Positions 20,253 through 29,547 of a stretch of 64,000 nt of DNA are shown piece by piece. The notes under the pieces are model-generated. The model worked only from the letters and a program-made list of their open reading frames with translations. It was not told the DNA's origin and did not search any database. The translations under genes were made by a program, and so were the position numbers. Source of the stretch: a virus; IMG/VR virus record IMGVR_UViG_3300026382_000009, positions 45,195 to 109,194 of that record; one strand, written 5' to 3'. Numbering within the stretch: the stretch's first letter is position 1; each line of letters begins with the position of its first letter.

Positions 20253-21542
20253 TTAATTTAAGTTTAATTGAGAGAGTTCTTCTAACCAAATTTCTTTTGG
20301 AGATTTTTTTGAGAGTAAATTTATTTTTTCTTGGAGAGATTTAATTTGTATTTTTAATTCATTTATTTTTTCTTCAGTTAAATTATAAAGATTCATTTTT
20401 AAATGTTCTTCAGGATATTGAATAGCAAGATTTTTACATTGTTCTAAAATATCATTTTTATTTCTTTTGTTAATTACTAGTTTATTTTCAATTATTGATT
20501 TAATAAATTTAGCTCTATCTAGTAAAAAGTTTATTTCTTTTTGATATTTTTCCAACAAATATTTTTTTCTTTTTTCATAGAATTTTAATCTTATTTCAAT
20601 ATATTTATCTATTAATTCATAAACGCTGTTAAATTCAATTATCCTATTATTTTCATCTATACATGTATAATTTTCAACAATTTTTTTAGATAATTTTAAC
20701 TTTTTAATAATTTCTTCATCATCTAAATTACTAAAATCAGAACTTACATTTATTTCAAATAAAAATTCACCATTTTGAGATTTGTCTTTAAATCCTTTGA
20801 TAATTTTTTTGTTTTCTAATTCATTTAAAATTTTCAAATAAGCTTTTAAGTCATAACCTATTGGTAATTCAGAAATGATTATTTTAGTTTTTCCAATTCG
20901 TTCGAATTTACCTAAAATTTCCCATCCATTTTCATATTCTTTAATTGTCCCTTTAAATCCCTTAAAATATGGCTTTAAATTAACTTTTTTACCTTTAATG
21001 TAATTTATTATATCTGTTAAATTTCTTGGAAGAATTTTTTGAGCAAAACCTGTTGAAACACCTTCACTTCCATTAACTAAAATCATAGGAATAATAGGAA
21101 CATAATATTTATATTCTATTCTTTGTCCTTCAAAATATTGTTCTTCTAAAATACTATCATCTTCTTGTCTATAAATATCTCTAAGATATGGTTGCATATA
21201 TGTATAAATATATCTGCTTGCTGCAGGTTCTGGAGATAATCTATCACCAAAATGTCCTTCCGGAACAAGATATGGAATATTATTTGTTCCAGCAAAATTT
21301 TGTGTCATATTAACAATAACACCTTCTATATTACCTTGACCATGTATATAATTAGTATGTTCAGCAACAGTTGCTGCAAGTCTTGCTACTTGTGTTTCTT
21401 TTTTAATATTTTTATCTAGAACAGTAAAAAGAACTTTTCTTGATGTATTTTTTAAACCATCAATATAACTAGCAATTTTTCTTGTGTTATCATAAACAGG
21501 ATAATTAATAAAATCATTGTTTATAAATTCTTGTAGCGTCAT
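20253..21542 (-). CDS. Type IIA topoisomerase medium subunit (gp52-like)
   Basis: IDGLKNTSRKVL, YIHG, PAASRYI (catalytic Tyr), PMILVNGSEGVSTGF. Confidence 0.95.
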   Translation of the reverse strand: MTLQEFINNDFINYPVYDNTRKIASYIDGLKNTSRKVLFTVLDKNIKKETQVARLAATVAEHTNYIHGQGNIEGVIVNMTQNFAGTNNIPYLVPEGHFGDRLSPEPAASRYIYTYMQPYLRDIYRQEDDSILEEQYFEGQRIEYKYYVPIIPMILVNGSEGVSTGFAQKILPRNLTDIINYIKGKKVNLKPYFKGFKGTIKEYENGWEILGKFERIGKTKIIISELPIGYDLKAYLKILNELENKKIIKGFKDKSQNGEFLFEINVSSDFSNLDDEEIIKKLKLSKKIVENYTCIDENNRIIEFNSVYELIDKYIEIRLKFYEKRKKYLLEKYQKEINFLLDRAKFIKSIIENKLVINKRNKNDILEQCKNLAIQYPEEHLKMNLYNLTEEKINELKIQIKSLQEKINLLSKKSPKEIWLEELSQLNLN

Positions 21543-21551
21543 TTTAACTCC

Positions 21552-22628
21552 TCATATTTTATTTATATCTAAAGATGTTTCTTTTATATATTCTTTTCTT
21601 TTATCAACTTTTTCTTTTGATAACCAATCATCAAGTAATTTTTCATCTATTTCATCAAGTTTCACAATCATATTTTCAAGTCCATCTTTATTTATAATTT
21701 CCAATAATTGTTTCTTTGTCCATCTACCAAGACCTTTAGCATATTGAACCTCTCTGTTTGGTATATCTTTCATAGAATACCACCAATTTTTTAATTTTCC
21801 ATTTTTTATTTCAAATGCAATAGGAGTATAAAAACGATAAATTTTATTTCTATAATTAGGTAAGTATTTTACAATATTTCCTATTAAAAGTAAATTAATC
21901 TTAAATCCATCTAAATCTTGATCAGAAGCTATAATAATTTTTTCAAAATTATAACTATTACATATAGTAATAAGATCTTTTAATTCTTTATTAGAATTAA
22001 CTTTACTGATAGGCACTTCCCATGCATTTAATGGAACACCTTTTAGCTCGTAATAAGCATATTCATTTCTTCCTAATATATTCATTAAACCTGATCTTGC
22101 TGATGTTCCTTCACAAATTAACAAATATTTGTTATTTTTAATTGCTGGAAAAAATTTTTCAGATTTGATTTTCTTTTCTTTTTTAGATAATTTTTTTAAT
22201 TCAGCATTTTCTTTAGCTTTTTGTTTAAGTATAAAATATTCAGTTATAGCAGTCATCAAATTTTCATCTTTTAATAATTGCTTAACTATTTTATCCCAAT
22301 CTACATTTTCAAAAAATTTTTCTATATCTTTAATAGAATTTGATACTTCTATTTTTTCTTGAGAACTAAATTCAAGCTTTGGAAAAAATCTCATAATAAG
22401 AAGAATTTTCATTTTGTTTTTAATATCACTTGGTTTTATTGATGGAAATTTTTTAAGAAGTTTTTCTCTTATTTTTGGCACAATTTTATTATTAATAATA
22501 TACGAAATAGGTGTTCCACCATTTCTTATATAAAGTCCATTAACTATTAAACACTGAGAAAAATCATCATTTTCATTGTGTTTTATTTCAAAATAAAAAT
22601 TATCCTTTTTTATATTACCGTATTTCAC
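21552..22628 (-). CDS. Type IIA topoisomerase transducer + TOPRIM subunit (start likely GTG 22628)
   Basis: VNGL..RNGGT, FSSQEK, LICEGTSA, LKGVPLN, ASDQDLDG, YAKGLG; AAAGGAG SD before GTG 22628. Confidence 0.9.
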   Translation of the reverse strand: MKYGNIKKDNFYFEIKHNENDDFSQCLIVNGLYIRNGGTPISYIINNKIVPKIREKLLKKFPSIKPSDIKNKMKILLIMRFFPKLEFSSQEKIEVSNSIKDIEKFFENVDWDKIVKQLLKDENLMTAITEYFILKQKAKENAELKKLSKKEKKIKSEKFFPAIKNNKYLLICEGTSARSGLMNILGRNEYAYYELKGVPLNAWEVPISKVNSNKELKDLITICNSYNFEKIIIASDQDLDGFKINLLLIGNIVKYLPNYRNKIYRFYTPIAFEIKNGKLKNWWYSMKDIPNREVQYAKGLGRWTKKQLLEIINKDGLENMIVKLDEIDEKLLDDWLSKEKVDKRKEYIKETSLDINKI

Positions 22629-22715
22629 AATAACTCCTTTTATGATTTCTAAATCACATAACAAATTCATTTAATAATTGATAAGTGTCAATATTATTGT
22701 AATTAGACCAATAAA

Positions 22716-23438
22716 TTAAAAATTAATTTCTTGAATATTTATTCTTTCTTTATTGTAATAAAACTTAATTTCAGGATATGTTAAAGCCAACATAATGACT
22801 CTACTATAAATAGCTAATTTTTCATTTTCAGTAAATTTATTAACTTCAAATCTACTAAAATCAGGCTCTACATAAACTTCAACACCTGTTTTAGTAGTTT
22901 TCTTTTCTTTAACTTTTATTTTTGTTGCATTTTCTATACTCGTATAAACTATTTCTTTTCCAGAATTTCTATTTTTTCCAATAAAAACTTTACTAAAATA
23001 ATTTGTTAGTGCTGCTCCCATACCATTGGCACCAGCTGATTTTCTTTTTGAATCATCAAAATTACTCCCAGCTTTTAAAGTCCCCCAAGCTGATTCACAC
23101 ATCCAAACTTCTTTATTTAATATTTTATTAAAATGTTTTATGTTAGGTATTCCAACACCATTGTCTTTTACAGTAAATGATGTATCATCTAAAAAAATGT
23201 CTATTCTTGGATTACCATTAAAATTGTTATCTACAAAAGCATCAACTGAATTATCTAAAATTTCTTCAAAAATTTTTACAAGTCCTGGAACATATTCAAG
23301 TTCTGTTTCTACAAATTTATTATTTTTTACGACGTATCTTTTTTCACGTATTTTTTTAACAGCACCAATATAAACATTTGGTCTTTTTAATGCATGTTCT
23401 CTATCATCTAAAATTTCAATTTTCCTTTCTTTTGTCAA
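22716..23438 (-). CDS. Type IIA topoisomerase GHKL ATPase subunit (N-terminal part of gp39)
   Basis: EHALKRPNVYIG, EILDNSVD, VKDNGVGIP, AGSNF, GANGMGAALTN. Confidence 0.93.
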   Translation of the reverse strand: MTKERKIEILDDREHALKRPNVYIGAVKKIREKRYVVKNNKFVETELEYVPGLVKIFEEILDNSVDAFVDNNFNGNPRIDIFLDDTSFTVKDNGVGIPNIKHFNKILNKEVWMCESAWGTLKAGSNFDDSKRKSAGANGMGAALTNYFSKVFIGKNRNSGKEIVYTSIENATKIKVKEKKTTKTGVEVYVEPDFSRFEVNKFTENEKLAIYSRVIMLALTYPEIKFYYNKERINIQEINF

Positions 23439-23459
23439 TGTAACTCCTTTTTATAATGA

Positions 23460-23487
23460 ATTATACTAATTTTTATAAAAAAGTAAA
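23460..23487 (-). promoter_or_regulatory. Sigma70-like promoter upstream of topoisomerase
   Basis: TTTACT-N16-TATAAT followed by AAGGAG SD. Confidence 0.55.
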
Positions 23488-23530
23488 TAGCTTCAAATTT
23501 TGTTGTATATTATTTTTTAAATAATAACTC

Positions 23531-23644
23531 AAATTTACTTATCTGAGCCTCTCTGGAGGTCTCTGGTTAATTTTTTAATTATTCTAATAATTTTTATTAT
23601 CAAAATTTTAAATTTTTACCAGAGAGGCTCTAATAAGTAAATTT
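23531..23644. repeat. Dispersed inverted-repeat element, copy 1
   Basis: aaatttacttat-ct-gagcctctctgg ... ccagagaggctc-ta-ataagtaaattt. Confidence 0.9.
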
Positions 23645-23648
23645 AAAA

Positions 23649-24053
23649 TTATGAATTACAAATTTCTTTACATTTATCACAACATTTTTTCAATTCTTCT
23701 TCATATTTTTTTATTACTCTTTTAAGAGATATTTTTTTAGCTTCATCATAATGTATTTTAGCTTTTTTACCATGAATAGTTGGATTCTTTATTACATATT
23801 TTATATCATCATCAACCTTACTAAGATATTTTTTAACTTCTGCTTTGAAAATATTTGTTATAATAGGCCAATCAGATTTTTTAGGTTTACAACCCTTTTT
23901 ACCATCTTCTAAAAACACACAAATTGCTCTTTTCCAAAGAACCATTACATAATAATCAGGTAATTCAAATTTTTTAACCCATCCTTTAACAATTTTTGAA
24001 TTTGTTTTAAGATTTAATTTTTCTTGGATTTTATTTAAAACTTCTCTTATCAT
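23649..24053 (-). CDS. Hypothetical protein
   Basis: ORF of 134 aa with Cys-rich C-terminus. Confidence 0.55.
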   Translation of the reverse strand: MIREVLNKIQEKLNLKTNSKIVKGWVKKFELPDYYVMVLWKRAICVFLEDGKKGCKPKKSDWPIITNIFKAEVKKYLSKVDDDIKYVIKNPTIHGKKAKIHYDEAKKISLKRVIKKYEEELKKCCDKCKEICNS

Positions 24054-24210
24054 AGTTTTTCTTTTATTAGTTTTAAAATTATTTTCTTATATTCATCAAG
24101 AGAATATTTTGTATTGTTAAAAAAATTGAAAAAATAAACGTCATTTTGATTACATATTTTTAAATAATAAGTCAGTGCTTCTAGAATTATAAATTCTTTT
24201 TCTTCTTTAG

Positions 24211-25323
24211 TCATTTTTTATACCCTTTAAATCTATCTTTTAAAAGATCAAATTTATACAAATCATTTTTTAAACTACCTTTTTGATAGTTAGTATTATC
24301 AGCTTCTTGTAAAGCAACTTGAGTTTTATTTAAGTTTCGATATTCGTTATACCAAACAATTATGTCAGATTTTTCTTCATTATAAATAGGTTTTAATCCT
24401 ATTTCTTTTAATCTATAATCAGTCCAGTATTTTATAAAATGATTATTAATTTTTTGATTAAATCCTTGAAAATCACCATCTTTTAATAAGTAATCACTCC
24501 ATTCCATTTCAAGTTCTGTTGTTTCTTCAGCCATTTTATATGCTAAATCTTCAAAATAACTTTTTAAATGTAAAAATTCTTGAGAATCATCTTTCATTAA
24601 AATTTTCATTACATTAGCACCTGTAGTTGTGTGAACTGTCATCTCATCCCAAGCAATCAATTTAAGCATTTGTGAAAATCCCTGAATTGAATTTCCATAA
24701 GCTTTATTGATACTCCACGTTGAAAAAAAACTAAAAGGAAATTTAACACCTTCTAAGAAAAATGTTCTCAAAAGATTTTCTAATAATAATTTTTTAAGTT
24801 CATCATCAACAATATCTTCTTTTAATTTCTCTATTAATTTATTAGCACTTTCTATTTCTTTATCTGCTCTTTTTTTCACAACATTATCTTCATAAATTAA
24901 ATCAAGCATTTCAGTAACTTTACTTCCAAATGCTTGATTTAAACCTGTGCTGTAACTTAGTGCATGAATATCTTCTTCTACCTTTATTCTTGCATATAAA
25001 TAAGATAACCATGTATCTGAAGCCAAATCTGATAAAATACCAAAAGTTCCAGGAACTAAACTATCCATTACATTTTGATATAAAATGTTGAGATGGAATA
25101 TTCTTTTAGGAATATCATCCATCATATCCCATCCCTTTTTATCTTTGGAACAGTCAATTTCTTTTGTAAACCACGTATTAGATTCAGAAGCTTCAGCTAA
25201 TTTTTGAAAAATATCATAAGATTTTTTATCTATTCTTTGAAAGTTTCCATAATCCCCAAAAAATAATTTATTATACTCTTTTGGTTTTTCTGCTAGACAC
25301 AAAGTATGACAAATTTTATTCAT
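24211..25323 (-). CDS. nrdB: Ribonucleotide reductase class I beta subunit
   Basis: WFTKEI, MDSLV, EDIHALSY, FLEGVKF, WDEMTVH metal-ligand motifs, ALQE..NTNY. Confidence 0.93.
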   Translation of the reverse strand: MNKICHTLCLAEKPKEYNKLFFGDYGNFQRIDKKSYDIFQKLAEASESNTWFTKEIDCSKDKKGWDMMDDIPKRIFHLNILYQNVMDSLVPGTFGILSDLASDTWLSYLYARIKVEEDIHALSYSTGLNQAFGSKVTEMLDLIYEDNVVKKRADKEIESANKLIEKLKEDIVDDELKKLLLENLLRTFFLEGVKFPFSFFSTWSINKAYGNSIQGFSQMLKLIAWDEMTVHTTTGANVMKILMKDDSQEFLHLKSYFEDLAYKMAEETTELEMEWSDYLLKDGDFQGFNQKINNHFIKYWTDYRLKEIGLKPIYNEEKSDIIVWYNEYRNLNKTQVALQEADNTNYQKGSLKNDLYKFDLLKDRFKGYKK

Positions 25324-25591
25324 TGTTATTCCTTTTTAAATAGTCTAATTCATTTAACATTTCTTTAATTGTATTGATAATTTCTTTATTTCCTTCTACT
25401 TCAGCTTTTTCAACAAATTCATATAAAACATGTATTAATCCATTAACAATAACAAAATCATTAAATGTTATAGCTTTTAAAAAATTAACAAAATTTTCCA
25501 TGTATTCAAAAATATCAGTATCAGAATTAAAAGAGAAATTAATCTCTTTATCATTCATTTTGTAATTAAAAATTACTCTTCCATTTTCCAT
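25316..25591 (-). CDS. Hypothetical protein between nrdA and nrdB (start likely ATG 25591)
   Basis: AAAGGAG SD precedes ATG 25591. Confidence 0.55.
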   Translation of the reverse strand: MENGRVIFNYKMNDKEINFSFNSDTDIFEYMENFVNFLKAITFNDFVIVNGLIHVLYEFVEKAEVEGNKEIINTIKEMLNELDYLKRNNNE

Positions 25592-25601
25592 TGTTTCTCC
25601 T

Positions 25602-28340
25602 TTAACTTGAGCAACTTTCGCAGACATCATTATCTGTTTCAGCTTTTAAACTATTCATATAATATAATGTCTTAACTCCTAAACTTTCAGCAAATATAAT
25701 ATCTTCTATAATTTCAAAAGCACTTTCAGGATTTTTGTAATAAAGATTTACTGATTGTGATTGGTCTAAAAATTTTTGTCTAATTGCTGCAAGTTCTATA
25801 AGACGCTTTTGTGGAATATCCCAAGCCAATTCATAATACATTCTATTTTTATTTAGATTAGGTGCTAAAAATGGTAATGTATATGTTCCTTCTTTTATTA
25901 TTTTGTATTGTCTAATTGGTTCTATTCCTTCTGTGCTTGAAATGACTAATCCAGAAGTATTATGACTGATACATCCATTACTTAATACATATTCTTCATA
26001 TTCAGGAACATGTATATCCCAGGTTGGTTCAACACCTACTTTTTTAACTGATTTAACTCCTAATAATAAATTATTTTGTTGTTTAATATTATCCCCATCT
26101 TCTAAATCCTTTACTTGTTTCCAAATTAATTTGTCATCCTCTGTTTCAACAAGCAATAAATGGTTACCTGTAAATTTATATTTATTTCCATCTTCAAATT
26201 CTACTTCATAAACTTCTCTTTTTCCATTATAATATATTTTATTAGTTTCTTTATAACCAAATCTTGTTTTTACATTAATAGGGGATTTTAATTCATACCA
26301 ACCAAGAACTTCTAAGTTTTCTATTGTTTTGTAATCAATACCTCCTTCTTCAAGAATTTCTTGAATTGATTTGATACCATCTTTAGTTATTATCTCATTT
26401 TCTTTTGATTGGCATTGTGTAGGCGCTATTGCAAATAAATTTTCAAATCTTATTCCAAATTCTTTGAGTTCTTTTCTTAAACTTTCCCAATCTTTTTTCA
26501 TTTCAAAATTATATTTTTCTGGAAGTTTACTCAATTCCCAAGGAAATAAACCTTTATCCCAAGATGTTCCAGAAATTCCCTTATATTTTCCTCTTTCTTT
26601 AGCTAATCTTATTGCTTGCTTGATAAAATGATATGTCAAATCTTCAAATAATTCGTGTGTAAATCTTAAAACTTCATCATCAGTAAATTTTATACCTTTA
26701 CTCGCTAATAGATTTGCATAATTATTTACACCTATTCCTATACTTCTTAAATCTCTATTAAATTTTTCACCTAAACGAACTTTGTATTTTGCTACATCAA
26801 ATGCATTGTCCATACCTAATAAAATACTATAAGCTAATTCATCTTTTTCTTCTTCTGTCATTTCATACCATTTAACTAAATTAACAGAAGAAAGATTACA
26901 AATACCTATCAAACCATCATATTTTCTTACATTTATCCATTTATCATTATCTGAATCTTTAATTAACTTATCTTCTATAAGTCTAATAGGTTTTGTTCTA
27001 ACAGTCACCTCCATGCAGAGATTACTCATTTTTATAACATCAGGTGATACTCTCTGTTCATTTACATTATCCATACTCATCCAATAAATATTTCCTGTCT
27101 CACTTCTAACTTTAGCATAAAGAAATGCTAATTCTCTTGCTTTAATTTTTCTTTTTCTGATACCAGGTTTTTTAGAATAATAATCATACCACTTATCAAA
27201 TTCATCACCGTATGCTTCTACTAACTCAGGAGTATCTAAAGGATCAAATAAAAATACTTCTTCATCATTTATAATAGCTTCAGAAAATCTTCTATTCCAT
27301 TTCATTGTATATTTTAATTTTCTAGCTCTTTCTTCATCAGCACCACCAGCATCTCTTAACATAATTATTTCTGGTGACTCATAATGCCACCAAGCAAAAT
27401 TAACAACCGCTGCACCACTTCTAACACCTCTTTGATTAAATGATGAAATAACACTTTCAAATAATTTAATAAAATAAATAACTCCAGATGTTTTTCCGAC
27501 TAAATCTACAATTGCTCCTATAGCTCTTAACAATGTAACATCTATTCCTATTCCACTTCCATATTTAGAATAAATACCCATACTTCTTGCTACTTCTAAA
27601 ATACTTTCAGAATCATCATCTACTTCTATTAAAACACAACTTGTTGGATTAAAAACTCTTTCTAAAGCATTCACTATCATAGGTGTAGGAGCAGTAAATT
27701 TATGTAAAGATAAATCATCGTATTTTCTTTTAATTGTTTCTAATCTGTTTTTATCTTTATAATGTAATTGAATAGCAACAGCCATATATCTATGTTGAGG
27801 CAATTCTAAAAATTTTGTTTTACTGTATTTTTTAGCATATTTCTGCATAAACAATTCAAATCCACCAAACGTAAAAAGAAAATCTCTTTCTGGTTTAATA
27901 TAATCTCCAAGTTCTTTTAATTCTTCTTCTGTAAAAGTGTCAAAAATTTCTTTATTATAAACCTTGTATTGAATTCCTTTTTGAATAACATCTAAGTAAT
28001 TAGGATATTCATTTCTACTTACATTCCAAACTTCTTTTCTATATCTCAATATCAATAAATTTTTTGCTATATCATCCCAAACAGGATATAAATCAGAAAT
28101 AAAATTTGCACATGTTTCAATTACTTCATCTAATAATTTAATAACTGAAATTTTATTTCCTATTTTCAAATTAATTGCATTTAATACGTCTTTAACAAAA
28201 GTATCATCATATGGTTCTTGTATGCCTGCTTTATTTACAGCCCATTTAATGACTTTATAAAGTTTTTCTTCAGAATAAGGTTCTTCTCTTCCATCTCTTT
28301 TTATGACAATATGTTTTTTTCCTTCTTTTAATTCGATCAT
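25602..28340 (-). CDS. nrdA: Ribonucleotide reductase class I alpha subunit with ATP cone and a cis intein
   Basis: VIKRDGREE ATP cone, TSCVL, SNLCME, CNLSS, AIAPTQ/TS, EGIEP, KTLYY, C-terminal CESC. Confidence 0.96.
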   Translation of the reverse strand: MIELKEGKKHIVIKRDGREEPYSEEKLYKVIKWAVNKAGIQEPYDDTFVKDVLNAINLKIGNKISVIKLLDEVIETCANFISDLYPVWDDIAKNLLILRYRKEVWNVSRNEYPNYLDVIQKGIQYKVYNKEIFDTFTEEELKELGDYIKPERDFLFTFGGFELFMQKYAKKYSKTKFLELPQHRYMAVAIQLHYKDKNRLETIKRKYDDLSLHKFTAPTPMIVNALERVFNPTSCVLIEVDDDSESILEVARSMGIYSKYGSGIGIDVTLLRAIGAIVDLVGKTSGVIYFIKLFESVISSFNQRGVRSGAAVVNFAWWHYESPEIIMLRDAGGADEERARKLKYTMKWNRRFSEAIINDEEVFLFDPLDTPELVEAYGDEFDKWYDYYSKKPGIRKRKIKARELAFLYAKVRSETGNIYWMSMDNVNEQRVSPDVIKMSNLCMEVTVRTKPIRLIEDKLIKDSDNDKWINVRKYDGLIGICNLSSVNLVKWYEMTEEEKDELAYSILLGMDNAFDVAKYKVRLGEKFNRDLRSIGIGVNNYANLLASKGIKFTDDEVLRFTHELFEDLTYHFIKQAIRLAKERGKYKGISGTSWDKGLFPWELSKLPEKYNFEMKKDWESLRKELKEFGIRFENLFAIAPTQCQSKENEIITKDGIKSIQEILEEGGIDYKTIENLEVLGWYELKSPINVKTRFGYKETNKIYYNGKREVYEVEFEDGNKYKFTGNHLLLVETEDDKLIWKQVKDLEDGDNIKQQNNLLLGVKSVKKVGVEPTWDIHVPEYEEYVLSNGCISHNTSGLVISSTEGIEPIRQYKIIKEGTYTLPFLAPNLNKNRMYYELAWDIPQKRLIELAAIRQKFLDQSQSVNLYYKNPESAFEIIEDIIFAESLGVKTLYYMNSLKAETDNDVCESCSS
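25959..26414 (-). mobile_element. Cis mini-intein (152 aa, no homing endonuclease) in NrdA
   Basis: APTQ|CQSKENEIITKDG...FTGNHLLL (block B TxxH)...WDIHV...SNGCISHN|TSG. Confidence 0.92.
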
Positions 28341-28349
28341 TTCACCCCT

Positions 28350-29039
28350 TTATAATTCTATTCCTAATTTATTTAGTTCTTCCAAATATTTTTCTGTATA
28401 TGAAACAATACCAGAATTAACACCCATATCAGCTATTAAATTTCCAAAATTATCAAATAAAATATTTCCTGTTGGTGTTCTTATTAAAAATACTTTTTTA
28501 AAATCATCATTTTCTAAAACTTTTTCTATACTTATATCGATACCTAGATCTTTTTTAAAATTTTTAATAAAAATATTTTTATTGAATTTTTTATTGACAT
28601 TGTTTTTATAATTTTTAAACCATGTTGTTTCTTTAAAATCTGTTGTACCAATACTAATTAAATTAAAAACTAAACTTCTAAATTCACTTTCTGGATAATT
28701 TTTTCCTATGTTATATCTTTTTCTGTTTCCAAAAACATCTGTTGTTTCAATAATCAAAGACCTTTTTCTCAAAATTAATTTAAGATATTTTTTCAAATTA
28801 GTAATTTTAATAATTATTGATTTATTTTTAATCAAATATTCTTTCCAATTTTCAATTTCATAAAATGAATTTGGATTTAAACCAACAATATTATCTTTTC
28901 CAAACATTTTTTCTAAAATATCCAAAAAATTATAAGGAAACTCATTAAAATCTTTTATTTCTAATTCTTCTATTACTAAATTTAGTAATTCTTCTAATTC
29001 TTTTGTAAAAATTTTTTCAAATCCGTCAAAACAAATCAT
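28350..29039 (-). CDS. Hypothetical protein
   Basis: ORF with SD and its own TTTACT-N17-TATAAT promoter (29064-29092). Confidence 0.6.
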   Translation of the reverse strand: MICFDGFEKIFTKELEELLNLVIEELEIKDFNEFPYNFLDILEKMFGKDNIVGLNPNSFYEIENWKEYLIKNKSIIIKITNLKKYLKLILRKRSLIIETTDVFGNRKRYNIGKNYPESEFRSLVFNLISIGTTDFKETTWFKNYKNNVNKKFNKNIFIKNFKKDLGIDISIEKVLENDDFKKVFLIRTPTGNILFDNFGNLIADMGVNSGIVSYTEKYLEELNKLGIEL

Positions 29040-29100
29040 GCAAACTCCTTTATTTTTTGTTAAATTATATAATGTTTTTAATTAAAAGTAAACTTTTAAT

Positions 29101-29547
29101 TCATGAACATAGAAAATTTATTAATTTTTGTTTTAAATTAATTTTTTTCATGTCAAATTCCTTTAAAAGATATTTAGCTTTGAGTATGAGAGATTCAATA
29201 TTATATTTTTCATATAAACCTTTACATATATCAAATCCTTTAGTATTCATTTCATCATGAAGATTTTTCACATAAAATAATTCATCCATGTCTTTGCTTG
29301 TTATTCTTAAACTCACGTCGGTACCATATAGTCGTAATTCTAAAGAAAAATTTTCTCCATCTATCTTTATTTCTTTTGTCAAAGAAAATAAAATATTACC
29401 ACATGAAATCTTACTTATTCCAATTGATTTTGCAAATTTCTCAAAATCTTTATGAATATCTTTATCCATTAATTTCATTTGAAGTTTGTGTAATTCTTTT
29501 ATTTTTTCTAAAAATTTTTTGTATATCATATTTTCTCCTTTAAACAA
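29101..29547 (-). CDS. Hypothetical protein
   Basis: ORF; true start is probably the ATG after AAAGGAG near 29529. Confidence 0.5.
   Translation of the reverse strand: MFKGENMIYKKFLEKIKELHKLQMKLMDKDIHKDFEKFAKSIGISKISCGNILFSLTKEIKIDGENFSLELRLYGTDVSLRITSKDMDELFYVKNLHDEMNTKGFDICKGLYEKYNIESLILKAKYLLKEFDMKKINLKQKLINFLCS

Noticed and set aside
22629-22716. T4 gene-60-style translational bypass in the topoisomerase gap
   Set aside because: No stable take-off hairpin is visible and the downstream ORF has its own strong SD and GTG, so independent initiation is simpler.
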